Source: Okeania sp. SIO1F9 (GTDB lineage: Bacteria; Cyanobacteriota; Cyanobacteriia; Cyanobacteriales; Microcoleaceae). Taken from it: a stretch of 64,000 bases of DNA. Made by a program: the position numbers and the translations under genes. The stretch is taken from contig NZ_JAAHFW010000035.1 of the NCBI RefSeq assembly GCF_010672745.1, positions 8,973-72,972 of the forward strand, written 5' to 3'. The number at the start of each line of letters is the position of its first letter. The first letter of the stretch is position 1. The notes beneath the pieces were generated by a model, which saw nothing but the letters and a program-made list of their open reading frames with translations, had not been told where the DNA came from and made no database searches. This document shows, piece by piece, positions 1 to 8,941 of the stretch.

Positions 1-296
1 CTTTTGATAATAGTATTAGTCGGAGTGCTGTGAAAAATTATTGTGCCAATGCTAATATTTATTGTCTTCATGTAGGGTTAGCTTCTGAATATTCAGAGAT
101 AATTTGGAATGAAAATTATCGAGTACCTTCTCCAGTAAATGATGATATTTGTGATTATCCATTAGCGAGAAATTTAGTAATGTTAACTATTGCTGTTGCT
201 TGTGAAGTTGTGGTGAATTTTGCAGCGACAAAACAGCAGGATAATTTTACTGTGACTTTAGGAGATTTTGCTGTTAAGCCATTATTATTTATGTAG
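1..296 (+). CDS. Hypothetical protein. The frame is open to the window start, so this is probably the 3' end of a gene beginning upstream. It lies in the AT-rich island.
   Basis: The reading frame is open from position 1 (the ORF track starts it at a GTG at position 30). No recognisable motifs. Low GC, like the two adjacent genes. Confidence 0.2.
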   Translation, partial: FDNSISRSAVKNYCANANIYCLHVGLASEYSEIIWNENYRVPSPVNDDICDYPLARNLVMLTIAVACEVVVNFAATKQQDNFTVTLGDFAVKPLLFM

Positions 297-384
297 GATT
301 AAATCAATATATGCTATGCTGATTTAATGACTAAATTAAAGTTGATAATTGAATTACAAATATATAGCATAAAAGGTAAGATAA

Positions 385-1554
385 ATGACAACAAATATAG
401 ACATTCTTAAAGATGAAAGAGTTAACTGTTATTCTGTAATGATTCAGTTGAGAGTAGCAGAATATTTAGAAATGGTAGAAAAAGTTTTTAATGATAGAGG
501 AGGTTTAGAAGGACAAAGAGATACTTTAAAAACAAGAACAGCTATCAGGATTCGCAAAAGAATGATTGAAGACTTGGAAAAAGGAGCTATACTACCACCA
601 ATAGTTCTAGGAGTAATTACTTCAGCAGAAAAATTATCTAATATTAATAAATTAGATAAAGATAAATTATTAAATTTAATCAACGATAATTCTGAAAATA
701 GCATATCTATCATTGATGGAATGCAAAGAACAACTGCCTTATATGATGCGCAAAAAGATACTAATATTAGTGTTAATAAAGTTCGGATAGAATTCTGGAT
801 AGCATCGCAAGTAAATAGTTTAATATATCGGATGTTAGTATTAAATACAGGACAAATTCCTTGGAATTTGAGAAGACAAATTGAAACTGTTTTTCAAGCA
901 AATTTGAAGGAACTAAAAGCCAAATTTCCAGATATAGACATCATCAAAGTTGACGATCAAAAGAAACGTAAAAATTCTTGTCAGTATCAAGCAGATAAAG
1001 TCATTGAACTATTTTTAGTTTTCGGTGCTAGAAAGGAAAAAGTTGACCTACAAGAGAAATTAGCTGATGAATTTACGAGACAAGACTTTATAGAATCAGT
1101 AGCTAATCCTAATTTTACGAATATATTTTATGAAGTAATAGGATGTCTAGCTGACTTTGACTCAGCTCTATCTGCGTATGAGGATACAACTAAAGAAGGG
1201 TATTTCAAAAAAGGTAAAGACTTATTTCGTAGTCATCCAGCTTGTATTGGTTTTGTAACTTCTATCGCTTTATATGTACAAGGTAGACCTGGTAATGATT
1301 ATTGTTTAGAAAAACAAAATAAAAGATGGAGTGAAATTAAAAATAATGCAAATAAACTGTTTGAAAAAGTCAAAGAAATGAAACATAGCGAAATAGGTGA
1401 TTTTTTAGATTTTCCAACACTTAACGAACTGATTAGTAAAAAAACGGGTAAATCTACTAACTTTGAAAGAGCGTTTTTCTTAGAAGCTTTTAAGGTCTTA
1501 ATAGAAGAAGATTTCGACGTTAAAACAATGACACCATGTTGGAGAGCTTACTGA
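385..1554 (+). CDS. DGQHR/DUF262-like (ParB/Srx-fold, DndB-like) domain protein
   Basis: An N-terminal 'EGQRDTL...ILPPIVLGV' segment followed by 'SIIDGMQRTTALYDA' resembles the QR ... DGQ(H/Q)R signature pair of the DndB/DUF262 family. Very AT-rich (about 30% GC) against roughly 40% elsewhere. An 8-bp gap to the next gene suggests an operon. Confidence 0.5.
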   Translation: MTTNIDILKDERVNCYSVMIQLRVAEYLEMVEKVFNDRGGLEGQRDTLKTRTAIRIRKRMIEDLEKGAILPPIVLGVITSAEKLSNINKLDKDKLLNLINDNSENSISIIDGMQRTTALYDAQKDTNISVNKVRIEFWIASQVNSLIYRMLVLNTGQIPWNLRRQIETVFQANLKELKAKFPDIDIIKVDDQKKRKNSCQYQADKVIELFLVFGARKEKVDLQEKLADEFTRQDFIESVANPNFTNIFYEVIGCLADFDSALSAYEDTTKEGYFKKGKDLFRSHPACIGFVTSIALYVQGRPGNDYCLEKQNKRWSEIKNNANKLFEKVKEMKHSEIGDFLDFPTLNELISKKTGKSTNFERAFFLEAFKVLIEEDFDVKTMTPCWRAY

Positions 1555-1561
1555 TACCAAG

Positions 1562-2650
1562 ATGTCTAGAAATATGATCGAAGCTAATGAATATATCTTC
1601 AATAAATTAGCTGATTTTTTTGAAGTAAGTAATATAGACATCGTTATAGATGAGCAAAAAAAACGTTATATTGAGACTGATGATGAAGAAAAAGAATGGT
1701 TAAAAAAATTAAAAATAATTAACCAAAAATATCAGATTTTACCCAACTTTGCAACAGCGTCTTTTCAATATGGTGGTAATGATTATTTTGTAGCCATTGG
1801 TTCCCAAGAATATTTAGAAAATAATCAAGAAGTCATCCAGTTTATAGAATTGAATGCAGGCATAGTTACAGCTTTATTGTTTGAATTAAAAATATCAGTG
1901 GCTCGAAAAGCTAGTCCCTATGATATTGCAGATAAAATTTTTTATCCATCTCAAAAAGAAAGAATCGGATATGATTTTTCTACAGTCAGAGACTTATTTG
2001 AACCAATTTTTGTTTATAAAATCCCAGAAAATTCTCCTTTTTTGAATTTAGATGATATAACTTTGATTAGAATTTCTGGTTTTTATGCTAAAAATAGTCA
2101 ACTGGTTTCATTAAATTTTTCATCAAATACTCTGAATGAATTTGAAAAGCTATTTATTGAAGGTTCAAAAAATATACCTTATGAAAACTTACTACTCAGC
2201 TTAGTTTCTGTTTATTGGAAATATTCATTTCTCGATATCTATAGATGTATCGAAAGATTATTTCCCATATCAGAACTAGAAGACCTGCACACAAAATTAA
2301 ATATTCAAGATTCCCTATTAAACTTTGCCGATAATATTGAATCTTATATCGGTTGGAAACCAAAAGAAAATGAAGCACTAAATAAACTGATTAAAGATTC
2401 TCCCAATTCAGCACGTCAGATACTTCGTCAAGTAAAAGCTAATATTAACAATGTAGAAGAGGGAAATCTTGGAAATTTTGTCTATAAAATTCGTAATTCG
2501 ATTGTGCATTTTAGACCTGCTATAAAGCAAATTAAATTCAACGATAATAATTGGGATATGTTAATCCATTCATCTTTGCTAGTTATTGAACATTGGTATG
2601 ACAAATATGAACAACAACTTGCAGATAGTAATGTTGATAACGATAACTAA
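1562..2650 (+). CDS. HEPN-domain protein (C-terminal Rx4H motif) with an unknown N-terminal domain
   Basis: The C-terminal 'VYKIRNSIVHFRP' matches the canonical HEPN Rx4-6H motif and lies in a predicted helical region. Tightly coupled to the upstream DGQHR-like gene. AT-rich. Confidence 0.45.
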   Translation: MSRNMIEANEYIFNKLADFFEVSNIDIVIDEQKKRYIETDDEEKEWLKKLKIINQKYQILPNFATASFQYGGNDYFVAIGSQEYLENNQEVIQFIELNAGIVTALLFELKISVARKASPYDIADKIFYPSQKERIGYDFSTVRDLFEPIFVYKIPENSPFLNLDDITLIRISGFYAKNSQLVSLNFSSNTLNEFEKLFIEGSKNIPYENLLLSLVSVYWKYSFLDIYRCIERLFPISELEDLHTKLNIQDSLLNFADNIESYIGWKPKENEALNKLIKDSPNSARQILRQVKANINNVEEGNLGNFVYKIRNSIVHFRPAIKQIKFNDNNWDMLIHSSLLVIEHWYDKYEQQLADSNVDNDN

Positions 2651-2745
2651 GGTGAAACTCAGAATAATTAAGATATTATCTCTATCCAACCAATTACAGC
2701 ATATTTCAGTCAAATGATGTACGAGGTAAATGGTGAAAATCTTGT

Positions 2746-2767
2746 AGTGCGGGCATCTTGCCCGCGA
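2746..2767. repeat. Short GC-rich hairpin repeat (AGTGCGGGCATCTTGCCCGCGA). A second copy lies at 4531..4552 and a related one near 46318..46345.
   Basis: Near-identical inverted-repeat hairpins at three sites. Confidence 0.4.
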
Positions 2768-2965
2768 TGGGTGTACTTCATAGAGTCGCAAAGTGCTGTA
2801 TTTCATCACCCATTAAATTACCAAAAGCAGCAGAAATTATCTTTTCCACCACAAATTAAAATCATGCAAAATCTAATGTAGAAAAGCAACCCCAAAAACT
2901 ATTGGAGATTACTTTCCTATGGCAGTGATTTTATAGTAAGTTATCAGTCAGATTTGATATATAGA

Positions 2966-3056
2966 AGTCGAAGGAAAAGTTAGGACAGATAAAAAGCTTA
3001 AAACTCAGACAAAGCAATTTTTCCCTCTTCCCTCTTCCTTCTTCCCTCTTCCTTCA
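2966..3056 (+). repeat. ~90-bp dispersed element ('GTCGAAGGAAARG..TAGGA..ATAAAAAGCTTAAAACTCAGACAAAG..ATTTTTCC' plus a TTCC/TCTTCC heptamer tail). Copy 1 of 4, immediately 3' of the rubrerythrin gene.
   Basis: Four copies in the same orientation (2966, 46514, 47763, 61316). Each lies just downstream of the stop codon of a minus-strand gene. Confidence 0.6.
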
Positions 3057-3069
3057 ACAAAAAAAATAC

Positions 3070-3783
3070 TTAAGCTGCAACCGCTTCTTCATAAGGAACA
3101 AAAGATTTCTTCTGCGCTCCACAAATAGGGCAAGACCAATCTTCAGGAATATCTTCAAATGCTGTACCAGGAGCAATACCAGAGTCAGAGTCGCCAACAA
3201 CTGGATCGTAAATCATCGAACACACCCGACAGATCCATTTACGGGTTGCAGCTTCCTTTCCAGCAGCTTTTTGTTTCGGTGCAACACCATTCAAACCTTC
3301 GAGAGCTTCTGTATATTGATCCGCGTGATGATGCTCAATGCTAGTCAATAAACCAAACTTATGAGTTGCTTGGCGAAACATCGAAGCGTGTTCCCGAGAC
3401 TCTTCTTCTTGCTCCTTAAATTCTGCTGCTGCTGCACTATCACGATCTACCCGTGCTTGTTCGGCAAATTCTGGGTACATAGTTGTATATTCATAAGTCT
3501 CTCCTTCAATTGCTAACTCTAGACAACGAGAAGCGATCGCTTTTTTCTGCTCTTCAGTCAAAGTAGATGGGTCGTCTACCACTAACTCTGGGTGAAGTAG
3601 GCGAAAGTGGGAAAAGGCGTGTTGAGTTTCTTGGTTAGCTGTTTCCCGGAAAAGTTTGGCTAAATCTTCCATGCCCAATTTCTTGGTTACTTCGGCAAAG
3701 AAAAGGTATTTACGGTTAGCCATTGATTCTCCTCCAAAAGCATCAGACAAGTTTTTGGCGGTGTTAGAGTTGGACAAGTCCAT
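3070..3783 (-). CDS. rbr: Rubrerythrin (ferritin-like di-iron domain plus C-terminal rubredoxin-type CxxC...CxxC)
   Basis: Di-iron ferritin-like ExxH motifs, and C-terminal '[10 protein letters not shown]...[10 protein letters not shown]' rubredoxin-like zinc/iron knuckles. Confidence 0.85.
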   Translation of the reverse strand: MDLSNSNTAKNLSDAFGGESMANRKYLFFAEVTKKLGMEDLAKLFRETANQETQHAFSHFRLLHPELVVDDPSTLTEEQKKAIASRCLELAIEGETYEYTTMYPEFAEQARVDRDSAAAAEFKEQEEESREHASMFRQATHKFGLLTSIEHHHADQYTEALEGLNGVAPKQKAAGKEAATRKWICRVCSMIYDPVVGDSDSGIAPGTAFEDIPEDWSCPICGAQKKSFVPYEEAVAA

Positions 3784-3942
3784 GATGTTCTCCTGAATTC
3801 TTTCTTTTACTCTGTTATATCTAAGAATAATTCTTATTTAATAAAATGTCAAGGAAAAGATTAATTTTAAATTAACAACCAATATTTGTTGAGATGTGTT
3901 ATAATCTGAAGTTGGTATAAAATCTATTAATAAGCCTAAATA

Positions 3943-4377
3943 ATGAACAGTAACTATACTGCAACAAATATTAAGAAAGAAATGCAATCTAAAGGACTGA
4001 GAATCACTCCTCAGCGGTTTGCAGTTTACGCTAATCTTTTATCTCGTTCAGACCATCCGACAGTAGAGGAGATACTGAGTGAAGTCAACCGTGAGTTACC
4101 AATTTCTTCCAAGGCAACTATTTATAGCGCCTTAACAGTGTTACGAGAAGTAGGGTTAGTTAAGGAAGTATTGTTGGAAGAGGGAGTAACTCGTTATGAC
4201 GCTAACGTTAAACCTCATCATCATTTTTGCTGTCAAAAGTGTGGCGCGATCATTGATATCGACTGGGAAACTTTTAGTAATTTGCAAATGGATCGTTTAC
4301 CACCAGGAATTTATCCTGAAAGTTATGAGGTTATTCTTAGGGGTACGTGCAGTCGTGAAAGTTGTAATAAAGCATAG
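3943..4377 (+). CDS. Fur-family transcriptional regulator, PerR-like
   Basis: The 'TPQR..V' winged-helix, an 'HHHF' metal site and 'CxxC' motifs are typical of Fur/PerR. It is divergent from rubrerythrin, a peroxide-regulon partner. Confidence 0.75.
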   Translation: MNSNYTATNIKKEMQSKGLRITPQRFAVYANLLSRSDHPTVEEILSEVNRELPISSKATIYSALTVLREVGLVKEVLLEEGVTRYDANVKPHHHFCCQKCGAIIDIDWETFSNLQMDRLPPGIYPESYEVILRGTCSRESCNKA

Positions 4378-4379
4378 GC

Positions 4380-4700
4380 ATTGAAGAAGGAAGAAGGAAG
4401 AAGAAAGAAGGAAGAAGGAAGAAAGAGGAGATACTAAAAAGTTGACAACCCTCGAATGATACCCAACCAATTCTAGATACCGTGGGTGAGGTTGGGGTAT
4501 TAAACCCATCAGGGAAAAGATAAATTTGATAGTGCGAGCATCTTGCTCGCGAATATTTTAGTATCGCTAAAAAAGAAGGAAGAAGAAAGAAGGAAGAAGG
4601 AAGAAGGAAGAAAGAATAAGAGAAAAGTGGATGGGGATACTAAAAAGTTGCCACGACTCTCGATCACTCCCCAACCAATTGTTCCTTCTGCCTTCGTTTA
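4380..4700. repeat. Composite repeat region: two tandem units of (GAAGGAA)n STRR plus a ~100-bp element carrying 'GGGGTATTAAACCC..AGGGAAAAGATAAATTTGA'
   Basis: GAAGGAA heptamer tracts lie at 4380-4432 and 4567-4611. The conserved element at 4494-4530 recurs at 12617-12652 and 42325-42360. Confidence 0.7.
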
Positions 4701-4747
4701 TGATATTCTTTTTGTTAATTACTATTGCCAATTATTAGAATTACCCT

Positions 4748-5134
4748 ATGAAAATCAAAAGCTTCAATCACGTTGCAATTATTTGCTCTAATTATGAAAA
4801 ATCAAAACATTTTTATGTGAATATTTTAGGATTTGAAATTATTCAAGAAACTTGGAGAAAAGCACGCAATTCTTATAAGTTAGATTTACTTGTAGGAAAT
4901 GGCGATCGCATTGAATTATTTTCATTTCCCAACCCTCCAAAAAGATTAACTCGTCCAGAAGCTTGTGGTTTGAGACATTTAGCTTTAGAAGTAGATAATA
5001 TTGATGAATCTGTCGATTATTTGAAATCTCACAATATAGAAGTAGAAAATATTAGAATTGATGAAATAACTAGCAAACGTTTTACTTTCTTTCCCGACCC
5101 AGATGGGTTGCCTCTGGAAATTTATGAAAGTTGA
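4748..5134 (+). CDS. VOC family protein (glyoxalase/bleomycin-resistance fold)
   Basis: The N-terminal 'FNHVAIICSNYEKSKHFY' is typical of VOC/glyoxalase I-like proteins. 128 aa. Confidence 0.7.
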   Translation: MKIKSFNHVAIICSNYEKSKHFYVNILGFEIIQETWRKARNSYKLDLLVGNGDRIELFSFPNPPKRLTRPEACGLRHLALEVDNIDESVDYLKSHNIEVENIRIDEITSKRFTFFPDPDGLPLEIYES

Positions 5135-5282
5135 AAAAGGCGATTAATAATTAATAATTCATAATTAATAATTGCCTCTTATTTTCAAGTAGAAATAATT
5201 ATTGATGGTTTACTTCCCCTCCTGGGAGTTGCTATGGGAACATTGCATGCAACGTCCCTACTGCCACTCAAGAAGGAGTTTG

Positions 5283-5400
5283 AGTACCCATCCATTTTTT
5301 CCTTGCTTCCTTCTTCCTTGCTTCCTTCTTCTTTGCTTCCTTCTTCCTTCTTCCTTCTTCCTTCTTCCTTCTTCCTTCTGACTTCTTTCTTCTTCCTTCA
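5283..5400. repeat. STRR heptamer tract (TTCCTTG/TTCCTTC)n
   Basis: Direct tandem heptamers. The overlapping ORF 5234..5464 is a translation artefact of the repeat. Confidence 0.8.
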
Positions 5401-5444
5401 AATAAATGCTAGGATTGTTCATAAAACAATTAATTTAGAGTGTA

Positions 5445-6710
5445 ATGGAACAAGAAATCTATAAGCAAGCAGTAGCAAAATCTCGTGCTAAAGACTATGA
5501 GGCAGCAATTCAATATTTTAGTAGAGTTATAGAAATTAATCCTAATTTTGCTGAAGCTTATTATGGCCGAGGTTTAGCAAAGTTTGATTTAGGAAACAAC
5601 AAAGAAGCCATTGTTGATTATACTCAAGCTTTAGCAATTAATCCTAATTATATAGATGCTTATTTAGCTCGTGGTATTGCTAAGTTGGCAGTAAAAGATA
5701 TTTCGGAAACTATTGCAGATGCAAATCAAATAATTGCTATTAATAATAACTATGCTCCGGCATATAAATTGTTGGGTAATGCTTATCGTCAACAACATAA
5801 TCAAGCAGATGCCATAGATAATTTTAAGCGAGGAGCAGAATTGTATTTAGAACAGAAAGATGTAGTTAATTGTCGGAAATGTTTGGATAATATTAAGCAA
5901 ATACAATCTGTATCTACTACTGCTGTAAAAGTTGAAAATAATCTCCAAAAAGGTGATAGTAAAACATTTTTAAATAAGATTTTAAGAAAATTTGAAAAAG
6001 GCGATCGACAGGGAGTAATAGCAGATTTAAACTGGGCTTTACAAGTAGACCCAGAAGATTCTCAAGCCTATTGTTGTCGGGGAATTATTCGTTATAAACA
6101 AGGGGAGAATTTAGGTGCAATATCAGATTTTAATCAAGCTTTGCAATTTAACGACCGAGATATTTTAGCTTATCAAAATCGAGGGATAATTCGCAGTAAA
6201 ATGGGAGATTTTAAAGGAGCGATCGCTGACCTTGATGCAGCTTTAAAAATTGAACCGAATAATTCGCTTATTTATGTAAGTCGGGGAAATACTTATCGGG
6301 ATATGGGAGCATATCAAGAGGCAATAAAAGATTATGAACAAGCATTAAAAATTAACCCTAATGAAGCCAAAGCTTTTTATCATCGAGGCATTGTTTATTT
6401 CCGTTTAGAAGAAATGAAAAAAGCCATAGATGATTATCAGAATGCTGCTAAATTATTCGGGGATGCTGAAGATTGGAATAACTATAAAAAAACCTTAGAT
6501 GACTTGAAGAAAATTCACGGAACTGTTCCTAGTCAAAATCAGAACCTTAACGAAGATAATCAATATAAACAACTACAACAAAAACTTTTAAAAATGGTTG
6601 GTGGGCATTGGGAAATGGCAGAAAGATTAATCGCAAAAGTTCGAGAAAAATATCCTGGAAGGGATAAGATTTGGTATTTGGAAAAAGTTATATCTGATTA
6701 TCAACAATAG
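5445..6710 (+). CDS. Tetratricopeptide (TPR) repeat protein
   Basis: Multiple 34-aa repeats with a 'A..Y..G.....G....A...Y..AL..NP' pattern. Confidence 0.8.
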   Translation: MEQEIYKQAVAKSRAKDYEAAIQYFSRVIEINPNFAEAYYGRGLAKFDLGNNKEAIVDYTQALAINPNYIDAYLARGIAKLAVKDISETIADANQIIAINNNYAPAYKLLGNAYRQQHNQADAIDNFKRGAELYLEQKDVVNCRKCLDNIKQIQSVSTTAVKVENNLQKGDSKTFLNKILRKFEKGDRQGVIADLNWALQVDPEDSQAYCCRGIIRYKQGENLGAISDFNQALQFNDRDILAYQNRGIIRSKMGDFKGAIADLDAALKIEPNNSLIYVSRGNTYRDMGAYQEAIKDYEQALKINPNEAKAFYHRGIVYFRLEEMKKAIDDYQNAAKLFGDAEDWNNYKKTLDDLKKIHGTVPSQNQNLNEDNQYKQLQQKLLKMVGGHWEMAERLIAKVREKYPGRDKIWYLEKVISDYQQ

Positions 6711-6783
6711 TCATTTCAGTTATCAGTTATCAGTTATCAGTACCTCTAAAACTCAACTTCCCCCTTCTTCGCTCCTCCTTCTA

Positions 6784-7344
6784 CTATAAATTCAACCTAA
6801 AACCAGGCAATAAATTTTCACCCGATAATTCAGTTGGAAGATTTCTTACTTCCACATCCTTTGCCAAACGATAAATTTCTACTTGTTGCTGCTGAGGATT
6901 AATTAACCATCCTAAATTTACTCCAGCATCCATATATTCTTGCATTTTGTCGCGCAACATTTCCAAATCATCTGTTCCTGACCTTAATTCAATTACAAAA
7001 TCCGGTGCAATGGGAGGAAACTTGCGCCGTTGTTCAGGTGTTAATGCTTCCCAACGTTCCCGTTTTATCCAAGCAACATCTGGGGAACGGTTAGCACCAT
7101 TTGGCAACTTAAAAACAGTAGATGAACTGAAAGTAAAACCAAGTTTTGTTTGCCGATTCCAGATGCCCAAATCAATAATTAATTCAGCTTCTCGATTACC
7201 ACTATCCCCACCAACTGGTGGCATAATAATTAATACTCCTTTAGCCGTTATTTCAAAGTTAAAATCGCAGTTATTTTGACATAACTGATAGAATTGTTCG
7301 TCTGTGAGATTAACAGTATCTAAATTTAATGTCAAAGTACTCAT
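6784..7344 (-). CDS. Uma2-family (DUF820) putative restriction-endonuclease-like protein
   Basis: A 'PDVAW...' core and overall similarity to the abundant cyanobacterial Uma2 family. The ATG at 7344 (MSTLTL...) is preferred over the extended ORF start at 7449. Confidence 0.7.
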   Translation of the reverse strand: MSTLTLNLDTVNLTDEQFYQLCQNNCDFNFEITAKGVLIIMPPVGGDSGNREAELIIDLGIWNRQTKLGFTFSSSTVFKLPNGANRSPDVAWIKRERWEALTPEQRRKFPPIAPDFVIELRSGTDDLEMLRDKMQEYMDAGVNLGWLINPQQQQVEIYRLAKDVEVRNLPTELSGENLLPGFRLNL

Positions 7345-7530
7345 AATTTTATACTTATTTAGAATTTTTATAAATATTATATGAGGAACTTTCCTACGGA
7401 ATGCTACGCAAATGTTATCAGCTTGTAGGGGCGAATGGCATTCGCCCATACTTGAGTTTAAATCTCCTTCTAAAAGTTTACTGCTGAAAGCTGAAAGCTG
7501 AGTGCTGAAATGCTGACAGCTTTTTTAAAA

Positions 7531-8397
7531 TTAGCCAATTTCCGCAGTCATACTAATAACTGTTTCCACAGTTTTACCAGGTTCAGCAATTAATAAACTT
7601 TCCCCAGTATTCATAGCATTACGAGGTGCAGTCCAAGGTTCTAAACAATAAAAATCTTTACCTTTGACAGTCCAAAAAACTAGAGTAGAGTAATTACTAT
7701 CGTAGTTAATAGTTAACTTCAAATTACGACTTTTATCAGTAACTACTGCTGATTGTTTTGACAAATTAACAAACGCCCAATCAATTTCTTCGGCATTAAA
7801 ATCAAACTCTCCAGAAAAAGTATTAACAGTTTGTTCGCCCTTAAGTTTATACTCATTTGAAGGTAAATCAAACTCTAATTGACTCTTATCAGTTACAGCA
7901 AAATAAGGATGAATTCCTGTAGCAAATGGCATAGGTTTCTGAGACAAATTCGTGTGAGAATATCGCATCTCTAGAGTATTACCCCGCAATATATATGTAT
8001 AATTCAACTCAAAATTAAATGGATATACTGCCCGAGTTTCATCACTGCTGCGGAGAGTCACAGTAATACTTGCGCCATTCTCGGTAGACTGTTGTGTAAC
8101 TTCCCAAGGGAGGGTACGAGCAAAACCATGTTGCTTGATTTTGTAGCTTTCTCCATCTAACGTATAGGTATCGTCAACCACGTTGCCACAAATAGGGAAC
8201 AGTAAAGGAATACCACCGCGTACCGAAAGAGTGGGGTCAGCAAAACGTTCCTTATCAAGATAAAATATTTTTTGGTCTTGAGTACGCCAGTCAGTAATGA
8301 TGCCACCTCGTTCGGGAACAACAACTACCATAGACTGAGTAGTTTCATCAGAAAGGATATAGGGTTGATTTTGATTTTGTCCAACATTAGCAGGCAT
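7531..8397 (-). CDS. Aldose 1-epimerase family protein (galactose mutarotase-like)
   Basis: The 'GGIPLLFPICGN', 'HGFAR' and 'F.L' motifs are characteristic of aldose-1-epimerase/glucose-6-phosphate 1-epimerase. Confidence 0.7.
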   Translation of the reverse strand: MPANVGQNQNQPYILSDETTQSMVVVVPERGGIITDWRTQDQKIFYLDKERFADPTLSVRGGIPLLFPICGNVVDDTYTLDGESYKIKQHGFARTLPWEVTQQSTENGASITVTLRSSDETRAVYPFNFELNYTYILRGNTLEMRYSHTNLSQKPMPFATGIHPYFAVTDKSQLEFDLPSNEYKLKGEQTVNTFSGEFDFNAEEIDWAFVNLSKQSAVVTDKSRNLKLTINYDSNYSTLVFWTVKGKDFYCLEPWTAPRNAMNTGESLLIAEPGKTVETVISMTAEIG

Positions 8398-8941
8398 AGA
8401 TAATTTACCTAAAACAACTGCTATTAAATTCTCATAGAATAGTCTGAAAAACTATTCATTTTGGACATAATACGAATTTGATAAACGTTTGCTACAAATA
8501 TCTAGGGGATTTTTTAGGAGTCAGGAGTCAGGAGGCACGGAAGGAAGAGAATTTAGAAAGATTTGGCAATGGCGCTGAGGATGGAACATTTTTTTATACC
8601 GAACCCGAGCGGATTTTATATAAAATATTGCTTAAACCTTTAACCATATCATTTAAGTGAACTGAAAACAAGTCTAAACTTAGTGCTACTAATATCAGTT
8701 ACCAACATCAAAAAATTAGGTAGTGCATAAGTTCTGAACTTAAGGAAATATATCTAGCGATCGCAGGACTTATACAATAGACATCTGGTGATCATCAAAA
8801 ATAAAATCAATTATTGCATATAAATTATCAATTATTTCCCCCTACTCCCTACTTCCTACTCCCTCTTTTCCGGAGATAACTAATATATGAGGTCTAAACA
8901 CTAAATATATAAAACGTTATAGTTTTGATTGACTATATCAA

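Noticed and set aside
444-713. Antisense or internal ORFs such as 444..713, 2196..2378, 15089..15331, 16352..16558, 21254..21575, 24039..24605, 35108..36064, 43271..44085, 57186..57869, 60742..60963 and 61920..62354
   Set aside because: They lie wholly inside well-supported genes on the opposite strand or in another frame. They lack motifs and RBSs, and several show low-complexity artefacts.
5234-5464. ORFs at 5234..5464, 26329..26529, 30745..30957, 23310..23521, 4543..4791 and 4297..4509
   Set aside because: Their low-complexity proteins (SLLPSS..., EEGRRK..., GEWGS...) are direct translations of heptamer STRR tracts. They are artefacts.
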